Positions 9,380-18,198 of a stretch of 64,000 nucleotides of DNA are shown here, piece by piece. Source of the stretch: Spirochaetia bacterium (lineage in GTDB: Bacteria; Spirochaetota; Spirochaetia; CADAEX01); NCBI GenBank assembly GCA_963662795.1, contig OY759746.1, forward strand, positions 2,624,001 through 2,688,000, in the 5' to 3' direction. Below the pieces are notes generated by a model. The model worked only from the letters and a program-made list of their open reading frames with translations. It ran no database searches and was not told where the DNA came from. A program made the translations under genes and the position numbers. Within the stretch, counting starts at the first letter, position 1. Every line of letters begins with the position of its first letter.

Positions 9380-10711
9380 TTACATTGTGCTCGGCAGCCA
9401 CATGACAATCTGAGGAAACGCTATCATTAATCCAAGTTCAACAATAATGATAAATACATAAGGAACCATGCCCCGTATTATATCGCTTGTCTCAATGCCC
9501 AGTTCAGGCGGTGCCGCCCCTTTGAGGAAAAACATGGCATAAGCAAAGGGAGGTGTGAGAAATGACATCTGAAGATTGACAATTACCATCATGGCAAACC
9601 ATAACGGGTCAAATCCGAGTTTAGGTATAATGGGCGCGAGTATCGGGACCATTACAAATATAATTCCGATCCAGTCAATAAATGCGCCTAATATAAAACA
9701 GATCACCATAATCATTGTAAACACGGCCCAGTTTCCGCCGGGAAAATTAAGGATAAATGATTCAACTACTTTTCCGCAGCCTGCGCTTAAAAATACACTT
9801 ACAAACGCTGTTGAGCAGCTGGCAATGAGCAGAACCATACCGGTTAGCTTTATTGTGGAAAGTGATACATCTTTCAGAACTTTCCATGAAAATTGTTTAT
9901 ACGCAATTGTAAGAATGGTTGATACCAGAGCCCCTACTGCAGCAGCTTCTGTCGGGGCTGCTATACCGAAGTAGATAGCTCCAAGAACAGAGAAAATAAG
10001 GATTGCGGCAGGAACAACTGTCTGGACAACAAGTATTGTCTTTTTGGCAAAAGTAACATTCCTCTCTTCTTTTGGAATTGCCGGTGCAAGATGAGGCTGA
10101 AAATGGCATCTTACTGCTATATAGATAATGTAAAGCCCTGAAAGCATAAGGCCAGGGACAAAAGCTGCCATAAAAAGCTTGCCGACAGAAATTTGCGCTA
10201 CCGGGCCATAAACTATTAGCATTATGCTGGGGGGAATCAGAATCCCGAGTGAACCTCCTGCGCAGATTGCTCCGGTCGCAATACCCTTGTCATATTTTCT
10301 TTCAACCATTGCGGGTAGCGCGACAAGAGTGAGCATTGTAATTGAAGCTGCGATAATACCCACACTGGCCGCCATGATTGTTCCTATTACGATACTTACT
10401 ATTGCAAGGCCGCCCCTGAAACCGCCAAACCAGAGGTAAAGGGCGTCGTACATTTTCTTTGCAATGCCTGATTTTTCAAGCATGTTACCCATAAAAACAA
10501 AGAGCGGTACTGCCATCAGACCGTAGTCAGTTACTATCGCGTATACACGGCCATAGATAAGGTCGAAGGAATTAGGCCCAAAAAGCATAAGCCCTGTAAT
10601 AATTCCGACACCGCCTATTGGAAATGCCAATGGAAAGCCGGAAATTACTCCTACAAAAAGGGCTGCAAACATTCCTATTGTAATTACTTCAGGTGACAAA
10701 AAATTAAACAT
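9380..10711 (-). CDS. dctM: TRAP transporter large permease (DctM)
   Basis: AVPLFVFMG, GGSLGILIPPSI, SFLTPPF; about 12 TM segments; start MFNFLSPE at 10711. Confidence 0.92.
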   Translation of the reverse strand: MFNFLSPEVITIGMFAALFVGVISGFPLAFPIGGVGIITGLMLFGPNSFDLIYGRVYAIVTDYGLMAVPLFVFMGNMLEKSGIAKKMYDALYLWFGGFRGGLAIVSIVIGTIMAASVGIIAASITMLTLVALPAMVERKYDKGIATGAICAGGSLGILIPPSIMLIVYGPVAQISVGKLFMAAFVPGLMLSGLYIIYIAVRCHFQPHLAPAIPKEERNVTFAKKTILVVQTVVPAAILIFSVLGAIYFGIAAPTEAAAVGALVSTILTIAYKQFSWKVLKDVSLSTIKLTGMVLLIASCSTAFVSVFLSAGCGKVVESFILNFPGGNWAVFTMIMVICFILGAFIDWIGIIFVMVPILAPIIPKLGFDPLWFAMMVIVNLQMSFLTPPFAYAMFFLKGAAPPELGIETSDIIRGMVPYVFIIIVELGLMIAFPQIVMWLPSTM

Positions 10712-11255
10712 TCTTGAGCTCCTTTTTATAGATAAGGTAATAAAGATCTTCAATAAACTGCGCAATGCACTGAAGAGCAAAAAAGCAGAATCCAATTACC
10801 ATTAAGGTTCTGAAAGGAGCTGCCGGAGGAAGCCAGCTGCTGTCAATCATTTTTTCACCTGTTTTCCATGCCCTCAGTGCCCATTTTGAACCTGTAAAAA
10901 TCAATACATACACAAGGGGGAATAGAAAAATTACTGAAAGAATTACATCTATAAATGCCTGTATTCTTCTGGAAAGCATTCCATATACCACATCTACCCT
11001 TACATGTCCGCCAAGCTTGTGGGTATAACCCCATCCCAGTGTCCCTATTGAACCCAAAAGCATTTTTGAAGTTTCAAGCGCCCAGACTGTTGGTGAATCA
11101 AAGACATATCTTGCTGTAACTTCAATAAAAAGTACCATTACCAGAGCCATAACAAGAAATTTGACAAACTGTCCTGTCCCTTCACTTAAAGCGTTGATGC
11201 CTGATACCAATTTCTTCACAGGCGTCCAATTTTCACCAATAAACATTTTTCCCAT
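10704..11255 (-). CDS. dctQ: TRAP transporter small permease (DctQ)
   Basis: EVTARYVFDSPTVWA, GGHVRVD, four TM segments; lies between dctP and dctM. Confidence 0.9.
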   Translation of the reverse strand: MGKMFIGENWTPVKKLVSGINALSEGTGQFVKFLVMALVMVLFIEVTARYVFDSPTVWALETSKMLLGSIGTLGWGYTHKLGGHVRVDVVYGMLSRRIQAFIDVILSVIFLFPLVYVLIFTGSKWALRAWKTGEKMIDSSWLPPAAPFRTLMVIGFCFFALQCIAQFIEDLYYLIYKKELKNV

Positions 11256-11287
11256 AAATTACTCCTGTAATTAAAAAGCCCGTTTCC

Positions 11288-11314
11288 CACCCTGCTTTAC
11301 TGTAAGGCAGGGTG
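11288..11314 (-). other. Stem-loop between dctP and dctQ (mRNA stabiliser or partial terminator)
   Basis: CACCCTGC...GCAGGGTG inverted repeat just after the dctP stop. Confidence 0.5.
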
Positions 11315-11335
11315 AAGACAACGGACTGTTGTGTA

Positions 11336-12409
11336 TTATTTTACGTCAAACTGTTCACAGATTTTTTTCCAAGCCATGGCTTTTTTATAGATATCAGCAT
11401 ATACAGGATCTTTCTGGGACTCTTCAGCAAAATATTCGTTTGCCTTTTCATAGAGCAGATTTATGACATCCTGGGGAACTTTTTCGACGACAGTTCCGTA
11501 TTCTCTGAACTTTTCAACAGCGCCGGCATCCTTTGCGATTGATGACTGATAGTATTCCCTTGCAATCTGATCTGTGGCAAGTTTTACAATCTCTTTAAGG
11601 TCAGCAGGAAGTTTGCTGTATACATCGCTGTTTACATAGATACACTGTGTGTCGCAGGGAGCCCTTGACGGGTCAAGATACATGTATTTTGCCACTTCAT
11701 GGAATCCCATGCCCCAGTTGAGTGACGGATTGATGTATTCAAGTGCATCAATTACCCCGCGCTGTACAGATTCATATATCTCGCCGCCGGGAAGGAATAC
11801 AGGGGTAGCGCCCATTTTCTGGAAAATTGCATTAAGAGCAGTTGTTCCAAGTCTTATTTTAAGACCCTTGATATCTTTAACAGATTTGATCTGTCTGTTC
11901 GACTGGCACCAAACCTCAGCAGGGCTTAACGTTAAAATACCAATATACTCAACTCCGAGGTCTGCATAGATTTTTTTCGCAATCCCTGTTCCTTCATAAT
12001 TCATCCACATTTCAAGCTGGTTAGCTGTAAGACCGCCTGGATACTGTGTAAAAAATACTGCAGCCGGAACATATCCGATTGTCCAGCCCGGAGGGCCGTG
12101 TATGGCTTCAACAGAACCTGACATAACAGAGTCGAACTCTTTTCCGGCCGGAATGATTGAACCTGCTGTATACGGTGTAATTTCAAGTCTTCCGTCTGAA
12201 GCAGTATTTACAATATCCGCAAATTTCTGCGCAGCTTCATAAGTCGCATCACCTGCAGGCGCCCATGACTGAAGTCTCCACTTGATAACTTCAGCTTTCG
12301 GCGCCGCTGCACTGGTGTCAGCTGCTTTCTGTCCTCCGCATGATACTGCAAGAACCATAAAAATGGCTGCAAGCATCAGCATGACGATCAGCATTCTCCC
12401 TTTTTTCAT
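11336..12409 (-). CDS. dctP: TRAP substrate-binding lipoprotein (DctP; TakP/2-oxo- or hydroxy-acid-like subgroup)
   Basis: Lipobox LAVSC, KWRLQSW, SDGRLEI, GLKIR, LPGGEIYESVQRGVIDA.E. Confidence 0.9.
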   Translation of the reverse strand: MKKGRMLIVMLMLAAIFMVLAVSCGGQKAADTSAAAPKAEVIKWRLQSWAPAGDATYEAAQKFADIVNTASDGRLEITPYTAGSIIPAGKEFDSVMSGSVEAIHGPPGWTIGYVPAAVFFTQYPGGLTANQLEMWMNYEGTGIAKKIYADLGVEYIGILTLSPAEVWCQSNRQIKSVKDIKGLKIRLGTTALNAIFQKMGATPVFLPGGEIYESVQRGVIDALEYINPSLNWGMGFHEVAKYMYLDPSRAPCDTQCIYVNSDVYSKLPADLKEIVKLATDQIAREYYQSSIAKDAGAVEKFREYGTVVEKVPQDVINLLYEKANEYFAEESQKDPVYADIYKKAMAWKKICEQFDVK

Positions 12410-12513
12410 TTTTTACTCCTTAAAAAATTTATTGAAAAACAGATCTTGGTCTTAAAATAATTTTAAGACATCCCACAAGAAATTTGTAGAAAAAAATATG
12501 TAGTTATTGATAC

Positions 12514-12528
12514 GCAATAATTGTGCCA
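12514..12528 (-). promoter_or_regulatory. sigma54 (-24/-12) promoter of the TRAP-larA operon
   Basis: Minus strand reads TGGCAC-AATTA-TTGC, an exact consensus about 105 bp upstream of dctP and next to a divergent bEBP gene. Confidence 0.85.
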
Positions 12529-12720
12529 ACTTAAAAAATTCATTCTGGATTTTCTGCTGATTCAGGCCGGCAGAACAGTATTTACCGGAAAATACTGTTC
12601 TAATTCAGTTAAACTGATGAAAGAAGCTGTTTTTATCTGCCCGGCAGGCAGGTGAAAAAAACATGGCGCAGCTGAATAAAATGGTGTAGAATGAAAAACC
12701 CGGCTGCAGGAAACAAAAAA

Positions 12721-12759
12721 TGCTGTATTTTACAGCATCTGCTGTTGTTTTATACAGCA
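12721..12759. promoter_or_regulatory. Tandem palindromic enhancer (UAS) candidates
   Basis: TGCTGTA-ttt-TACAGCA (12721-12737) and TGTTGTT-tta-TACAGCA (12743-12759), 22 bp apart. Confidence 0.6.
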
Positions 12760-12770
12760 ATGGGTAAGGC

Positions 12771-14708
12771 TTGAATATGATAAAAAGTGCGTTTGCAATA
12801 CTTCCCTATAAAGAACTCATCGAAATTACCAGTCAATTTTCATCGGATTACGATCTTGAAGTTATGCCGGACGAGAAAAATGTTGAAAGCGCCATACCTG
12901 CAGCATTGAGTGCCGAGAAAAACGGGGCCAGAGTTATCATAAGCAGGGGCGGAACTGCTGAAATTATAAAAAAACATGTGCATATCCCTGTTGTCGAAAT
13001 CAGGGTCAGCGACCTTGATATTCTTCGTGTGCTTTATCCCTATCACAGTAAGGAGCGGAAAATACTGATCGCCGGTTACCGGAATGCGGTACAGAGGTGC
13101 AGGTCTGTATCGGAAATCCTTGACCTTGACGTTCATGAACTTTTAATCCCTTACGAAAAAGAAGAATATAATATAGAAGATGTTAAAAAAGCGGCAGATT
13201 ATCTTATTAAGCTTCACAAGATAGATACCATTATTGGAGACCAGACCGCTATAGAAAACCTCAAGTCGCTTTGCGAAAACCTGCATCTGATAAGATCGGG
13301 CAGGGATGATGTAATGGAGGCGATTGAAAGAACAGAGAATGCCTTTTACGGCAGGCCCGATGGCGGTAAATACAACAGATATGTTAAAAATGTACTTGAT
13401 ACTGTAAATGACGCGATAATTTCTGCTGACAACGACGGAGTGATCAGGGTTTTTAACAGCAGTGCTGAAAAAATATTCAATCAGCGGCAGAAATCAGTGA
13501 TAGGGCAGAAAATTGAAAGCCTTCTTGAAACCCAGGACTGCTTCGGAAAGCTTAAATCTTCAATATCAGAAGTTCTGCAGTCAGGTTTGTCAAATCATGA
13601 AAAAATAATCAAACCCGCAGGGGGCGATTATCTTATAAACACCAGTCCTGTGATGACAGATGATAAAAATCTTGGTGTTGTTCTTGTGATCCGGGAGCTT
13701 TTAAACAGTTCAGGACAGGAAACCAAAAAATTCAGGAAGCAGCTCCATCAGGGTTTTTCAACCAGATACACGTTTGATGATATTCTGACTGTTGATGAAA
13801 ACTTCATAAAAAAAATCCACTCTGCGCGCGAATATGCCGCTTCCGATGCCTCAATTCTTATAGAGGGGGAAAGCGGTACGGGTAAGGAGTTGTTTGCACA
13901 GAGTATACACTCGGGAAGCAGCCGCTGTAACGCTCCGTTTATAGCGGTAAACTGCGCAGCAATACCTGCCGCCCTGCTTGAAAGCGAGCTTTTCGGCTAT
14001 GTGGACGGTGCTTTTACAGGTGCATCAAGAAAGGGGAAACGGGGACTTTTTGAAATTGCCAATACAGGGACAATCTTTCTTGATGAGATCAGTGAGATCG
14101 ATAAAAGCCTTCAGGTGAAATTTTTAAGGGTACTTGAAGAAAAACAGATAATGAGGATAGGGTCTGATACTTCGATTGATCTTGATGTACGTGTTATTGC
14201 AGCAACCAACTGCGATCTGAAGAAACAGGTAAAGGAAGCCTGTTTCCGTTCTGATCTTTATTACAGACTTAACCTTCTTAACCTCCATCTTCCGCCTCTC
14301 AGACAGCACAGCGATGATATTGAATACCTTGCCGGTCATTTTTACCGTGTTTTTAATGATAAATACGGTCTTAAGGGAGGATTCCTCTCTGAAGAGGTTA
14401 TTGATATTCTTAAGAAATATTCCTGGCCCGGTAATGTCAGGGAACTTAAAAATATTATTGAGAGAATTGTCCTTACTGCCGGCGGCTTAAAACCTGACTC
14501 TTCATTAATCCATCTGATTGCAGAAGATATTTACAATGAGGATTGCACAAAAAATATTTCAGGGAATACGCTGGAAGAAGTCAAGTACAATGCTGTAATA
14601 ACGATGCTCAAAGAAGAAAATTTCAATAAAAGCAGGGCAGCGCAGAGGCTGGGTATTGACCGCTCAACTCTTGACAGATTACTGTCGGGAAAAACAAAGG
14701 ATAGATAA
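12771..14708 (+). CDS. PrpR-like sigma54-dependent activator (PrpR_N-PAS-AAA+-Fis HTH)
   Basis: IISRGGTA (PrpR_N), PAS region, [35 protein letters not shown]-terminal HTH. Confidence 0.92.
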   Translation: MNMIKSAFAILPYKELIEITSQFSSDYDLEVMPDEKNVESAIPAALSAEKNGARVIISRGGTAEIIKKHVHIPVVEIRVSDLDILRVLYPYHSKERKILIAGYRNAVQRCRSVSEILDLDVHELLIPYEKEEYNIEDVKKAADYLIKLHKIDTIIGDQTAIENLKSLCENLHLIRSGRDDVMEAIERTENAFYGRPDGGKYNRYVKNVLDTVNDAIISADNDGVIRVFNSSAEKIFNQRQKSVIGQKIESLLETQDCFGKLKSSISEVLQSGLSNHEKIIKPAGGDYLINTSPVMTDDKNLGVVLVIRELLNSSGQETKKFRKQLHQGFSTRYTFDDILTVDENFIKKIHSAREYAASDASILIEGESGTGKELFAQSIHSGSSRCNAPFIAVNCAAIPAALLESELFGYVDGAFTGASRKGKRGLFEIANTGTIFLDEISEIDKSLQVKFLRVLEEKQIMRIGSDTSIDLDVRVIAATNCDLKKQVKEACFRSDLYYRLNLLNLHLPPLRQHSDDIEYLAGHFYRVFNDKYGLKGGFLSEEVIDILKKYSWPGNVRELKNIIERIVLTAGGLKPDSSLIHLIAEDIYNEDCTKNISGNTLEEVKYNAVITMLKEENFNKSRAAQRLGIDRSTLDRLLSGKTKDR

Positions 14709-15170
14709 GACATCTTCAGGCGGAGCGGCACCTGCGGACCGCTCAACTCTTGACAGATTACTGTCGGGAAAAACAAAGGATAGATAAGACATCTTCAGGC
14801 GGAGCGGCACCTGCGGACCGCTCAACTCTTGACAGATTACTGTCGGGAAAAACAAAGGATAGATAAGACATCTTCAGGCGGAGCGGCACCTGCGGACCGC
14901 TCAACTCTTGACCGGTTACTGACGGGAAAAACAAAGGATAGATAAGACATCTTCGGGCGGAGCGGCACCTGCGGACCGCTCGACACTTGACCGGTTACTG
15001 TCGGGAAAAACAAAGGATAGATAAGACATCTTCGGGCGGAGCGGCACCTGCGGACCGCTCGACTCTTGACAGATTACTGTCGGGAAAAACAAAGGATAGA
15101 TAAGACATCTTCGGGCGGAGCGGCACCTGCGGACCGCTCGACACTTGACCGGTTGCTGACAGGAAAAACC
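14658..15170 (+). repeat. 79-bp tandem repeat, about 6.5 copies, containing the regulator's last 16 codons and stop
   Basis: Units start at 14658, 14737, 14816, 14895, 14974, 15053 and 15132; unit GACCGCTCAACTCTTGACAGATTACTGTCGGGAAAAACAAAGGATAGATAAGACATCTTCAGGCGGAGCGGCACCTGCG. Confidence 0.97.
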
Positions 15171-15386
15171 AATAAAGGGGAATGTAAACGGTCATCCTGC
15201 AATGTATGATTATATAAACAACGGATATGAGATAATTACATTGTAAAAGACAGGAAATTGCATTTACAGGGGAAATAATACAGCCCCTGCAGCGGAAACT
15301 GTTGAGTTTTTATTATTCGAACGGAAAGAATGATTACCGTTGAAAAAATAAAAGTATCAGGTAATCAAAAAGGAGAGTTTTTAAAA

Positions 15387-15686
15387 ATGTACACAGCAAC
15401 AATGCGCTATAAATTCAAATCTGAAAATCTTGAAGAAGCATGTATCCTGTGGGAAAAAGAAATTCCCGCCCAGGCAGTGAAACAAAAAGGGTGCGTTAGA
15501 ATGCAGTTTTTAGTGGACCATAAAAAATCCGAAGCCATGGCCATAGGAACCTGGAAAAAACCTGAGTATGCGGCAGCTTTTATGCAAACAGGTGTTTTTA
15601 AAAAACTGCTTGAAAAGATCCGCCCCTGCCTTGTGGAGGACCCGGTGCCCCATGTGTGGGAACTTCGTTTTTTTGAAGAATTCTGA
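15387..15686 (+). CDS. Antibiotic biosynthesis monooxygenase (ABM/Dabb)-like protein
   Basis: About 99 aa after an AGGAGA RBS; QKGC, AIGTW, YAAAF pattern of the dimeric alpha-beta barrel family. Confidence 0.65.
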   Translation: MYTATMRYKFKSENLEEACILWEKEIPAQAVKQKGCVRMQFLVDHKKSEAMAIGTWKKPEYAAAFMQTGVFKKLLEKIRPCLVEDPVPHVWELRFFEEF

Positions 15687-15937
15687 TGTGAAATATTTGT
15701 ATGTTATTTTAAAATGGTAATGAAATAATTCCCCTTCTTACAGCTTTTTACCCTTGATCACTTGTATTGCCGGCGGCCTGCGGTTGCCTTCTTTCCACAT
15801 GAAAAGCAAATAGTCAGTTCTGCAGACAGCATAAATTTATCCGCTTTTGGCTCTTGATATTCTGCAGATGTAATATATAATGATAATTGGGAGTTAATTA
15901 TTAACGCCTGTGAGATATTGAGAGGAGTTATTTTACT

Positions 15938-16861
15938 GTGTATGAAGACAATCCGGCAGTTTCAGGATCTTCGTATCCTAAAGGATCTTCGTATCCTAAA
16001 GGATCTGCTGCTCCGGCAGAAAGCATTCTGACAACGATCAGAACAAGATATCACACCCTTTCAGATGTTCAGAAAAACATTGCTGATTATGTTCTTGCCC
16101 ACAGCAGCGAAGTAATGCTTCATTCCATTTCGGATATAGCTGCAAAGTGCGGTACAAGTGAAACAACAATAATGAGGTTTATAAGGAAACTGGGGTACAA
16201 AAGCTACCAGGTTTTCAGGGTGCAGATTGCGCAGGCGACAGCAGGGGAAAAGAGCCAGACTGTTTTTTCAGAGATAGAATCAGGAGATTCCATAGGCGTT
16301 ACAAAGCAGAAGATAATCTCTTCAACAGTCAATTCAATAAAGGATATGGGGTTTATTGTATCAGACCGCCAGATAGAAGATGCAGTTGGAATGCTGACAG
16401 GAGCCAAAAGGATTATATTTATCGGAGTGGGGGCATCGGCTTTTGTCATGGGAGATATGTATCACAAGTTTGCCAGGCTTGGCTTTAATGCCGTGAAGGA
16501 AAACGATCCCCATATTATGGCAATACTGGGTACCCATACCGGTAAATCGGACTGTCTTGTCTGCATCAGTCATTCAGGTGAAAGCAAGGATATTCTTGAT
16601 GCCTTAAATGCGGCCAGGCAGCGTGGCTGCAGAACCATCGGGATTACAAGTTATGCAAACTCAACCCTTGCTGCAAATACAGATATAACCCTGCTTTCTT
16701 CCAGCAACGAGACAAGATACAGGCCGGATGCGATGGTTTCGAGAATTATCCAGCTTGTAATTGTGGATATTCTTACAATTGCCTGCACTTTCAGGCTCGG
16801 GAAAAAAGGTATTACAGGAATTGAGGAATCGCAGCTGGCCGTAGCCGGTAAAAAAAGGTAA
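15938..16861 (+). CDS. MurR/RpiR-family transcriptional regulator
   Basis: HTH SETTIMRFIRKLGYKSY; SIS domain GVGAS and ISHSGES. Confidence 0.92.
   Translation: MYEDNPAVSGSSYPKGSSYPKGSAAPAESILTTIRTRYHTLSDVQKNIADYVLAHSSEVMLHSISDIAAKCGTSETTIMRFIRKLGYKSYQVFRVQIAQATAGEKSQTVFSEIESGDSIGVTKQKIISSTVNSIKDMGFIVSDRQIEDAVGMLTGAKRIIFIGVGASAFVMGDMYHKFARLGFNAVKENDPHIMAILGTHTGKSDCLVCISHSGESKDILDALNAARQRGCRTIGITSYANSTLAANTDITLLSSSNETRYRPDAMVSRIIQLVIVDILTIACTFRLGKKGITGIEESQLAVAGKKR
15964..16006 (+). repeat. 18-bp in-frame tandem repeat (2.4 copies, GSSYPK)
   Basis: AGGATCTTCGTATCCTAA x2 followed by AGGATCT. Confidence 0.9.
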
Positions 16862-17002
16862 GCAGGAATTTAAAAAATACAGTAAGTCTCAGCCGGCGGA
16901 AAATACCGCAGGTACTGGAATAATATTAACCAAAGTAAACAGCTGCCGTTATATGGTGCCTCTGGTGCCTGGGCAGAAAATATACAGGAGAGAAGAAAAA
17001 TT

Positions 17003-18109
17003 ATGAAACCTATCAAGAAAGCATTGGTATTCGGTGATGCAATGATTCCGAAAACACTTTTTAAGCCGGCGTATGACGAGTTCATGGCGCCCTACGTGGA
17101 AGAAGCAGTTATTGAAAACTGGGAAGAGGACTGGCCGACTCTGCAGAACAGGCGCCTTGAAGTTGAAAAACGGGGCCCGGAAATTGAATCGATTCCGGAG
17201 CCTGTTGCAGTATCAGGCAAAAACGCTGAAATGATAATGGGCCTTTTCGTGCCGATATCAAAGAAGGTGATGGATGTAATGCCTTCCCTGCGCATAGCTG
17301 GTGTCTGCCGGGCAGGGCTTGAAAATGTAAATGTGGAAGAAGCTACAAAGAAAGGAATACTTGTTTTTAACGTACAGGGAAGGAACGCGGAAGCAGTAAG
17401 CGATTTTGCAGTAGGGATGATGATTGCTGAATCAAGAAACATAGCCCGCGCGCACCATGCGATAAAAACCGGAACATGGAGAAAGACTTTTCCCAATTCG
17501 GAATTTGTTCCGCAGCTCAAAGGTAAAACAATAGGTATAATCGGATTCGGTTTTATCGGCAGGCTTGTAGCTAGAAAGCTTTCGGGTTTTAATGTTAACA
17601 TACTTGTCCACGATCCGTATGCTGACCCCGCTTCCATAAAAAAACTCGGGTGCACACCTGCCGACAGGGAAACACTTTTTTCTGATAGTGATTTTATAAC
17701 TATCCATGCGCGTCTTACTGATGAAAACAAGGGTATGGCAGGCGGGAAAGAAATCGGGATGATGAAAAAAACAGCATACCTTATAAATACAGGGCGCGCG
17801 GGACTTGTTAATGAGGGAGCTCTTATTAAAGCGCTTAAGGAAAACAGGATCGCCGGAGCGGCGCTCGATGTTTTTCCGACGGAACCTATACCTGAAACCA
17901 GCGAAATTATGAATCTTGACAATGTTACCCTTACTACACATATAGCCGGAACAACAACAGAGGCGCTGACAAAATCGCCAGGTCTTCTTATGGAAGATAT
18001 TGAGCATTTTCTCAAAGGGGAGGAATACAGATTTATGGTTAACCCGGAAGTGCTTAAAGACAAGGGCTTTTCAGAGTGGTTTAAAACAGTAAAAACACAG
18101 ATTAAATGA
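17003..18109 (+). CDS. D-isomer-specific 2-hydroxyacid dehydrogenase (SerA-like)
   Basis: RAGLENV, GRNAEAV, GIIGFGFIG, INTGRAGLV, AALDVF..EP, HIAG. Confidence 0.9.
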   Translation: MKPIKKALVFGDAMIPKTLFKPAYDEFMAPYVEEAVIENWEEDWPTLQNRRLEVEKRGPEIESIPEPVAVSGKNAEMIMGLFVPISKKVMDVMPSLRIAGVCRAGLENVNVEEATKKGILVFNVQGRNAEAVSDFAVGMMIAESRNIARAHHAIKTGTWRKTFPNSEFVPQLKGKTIGIIGFGFIGRLVARKLSGFNVNILVHDPYADPASIKKLGCTPADRETLFSDSDFITIHARLTDENKGMAGGKEIGMMKKTAYLINTGRAGLVNEGALIKALKENRIAGAALDVFPTEPIPETSEIMNLDNVTLTTHIAGTTTEALTKSPGLLMEDIEHFLKGEEYRFMVNPEVLKDKGFSEWFKTVKTQIK

Positions 18110-18198
18110 AACTGAAAAGGACAGGATCAGGGAAAACTGATTCTGATAAATCCGGTTATTCCGGATTTATATAAGAGTTGAAAAAGAAGGAGGTTCCG

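Noticed and set aside
10712-10795. N-terminal extension of dctM
   Set aside because: It lies within dctQ; an RBS-preceded ATG at 10711 fits better
14658-15170. Possible CRISPR array
   Set aside because: The units repeat over their full 79 bp with no unique spacers, begin inside a gene, and no cas genes are present
14531-15195. Minus-strand ORFs 14531-14776 and 14995-15195 sharing sequence
   Set aside because: They are by-products of the tandem repeat, with no RBS or family motif
17092-18063. 323-aa antisense ORF
   Set aside because: Shadow frame of the 2-hydroxyacid dehydrogenase; Ser/Ile/Pro-rich with no motifs
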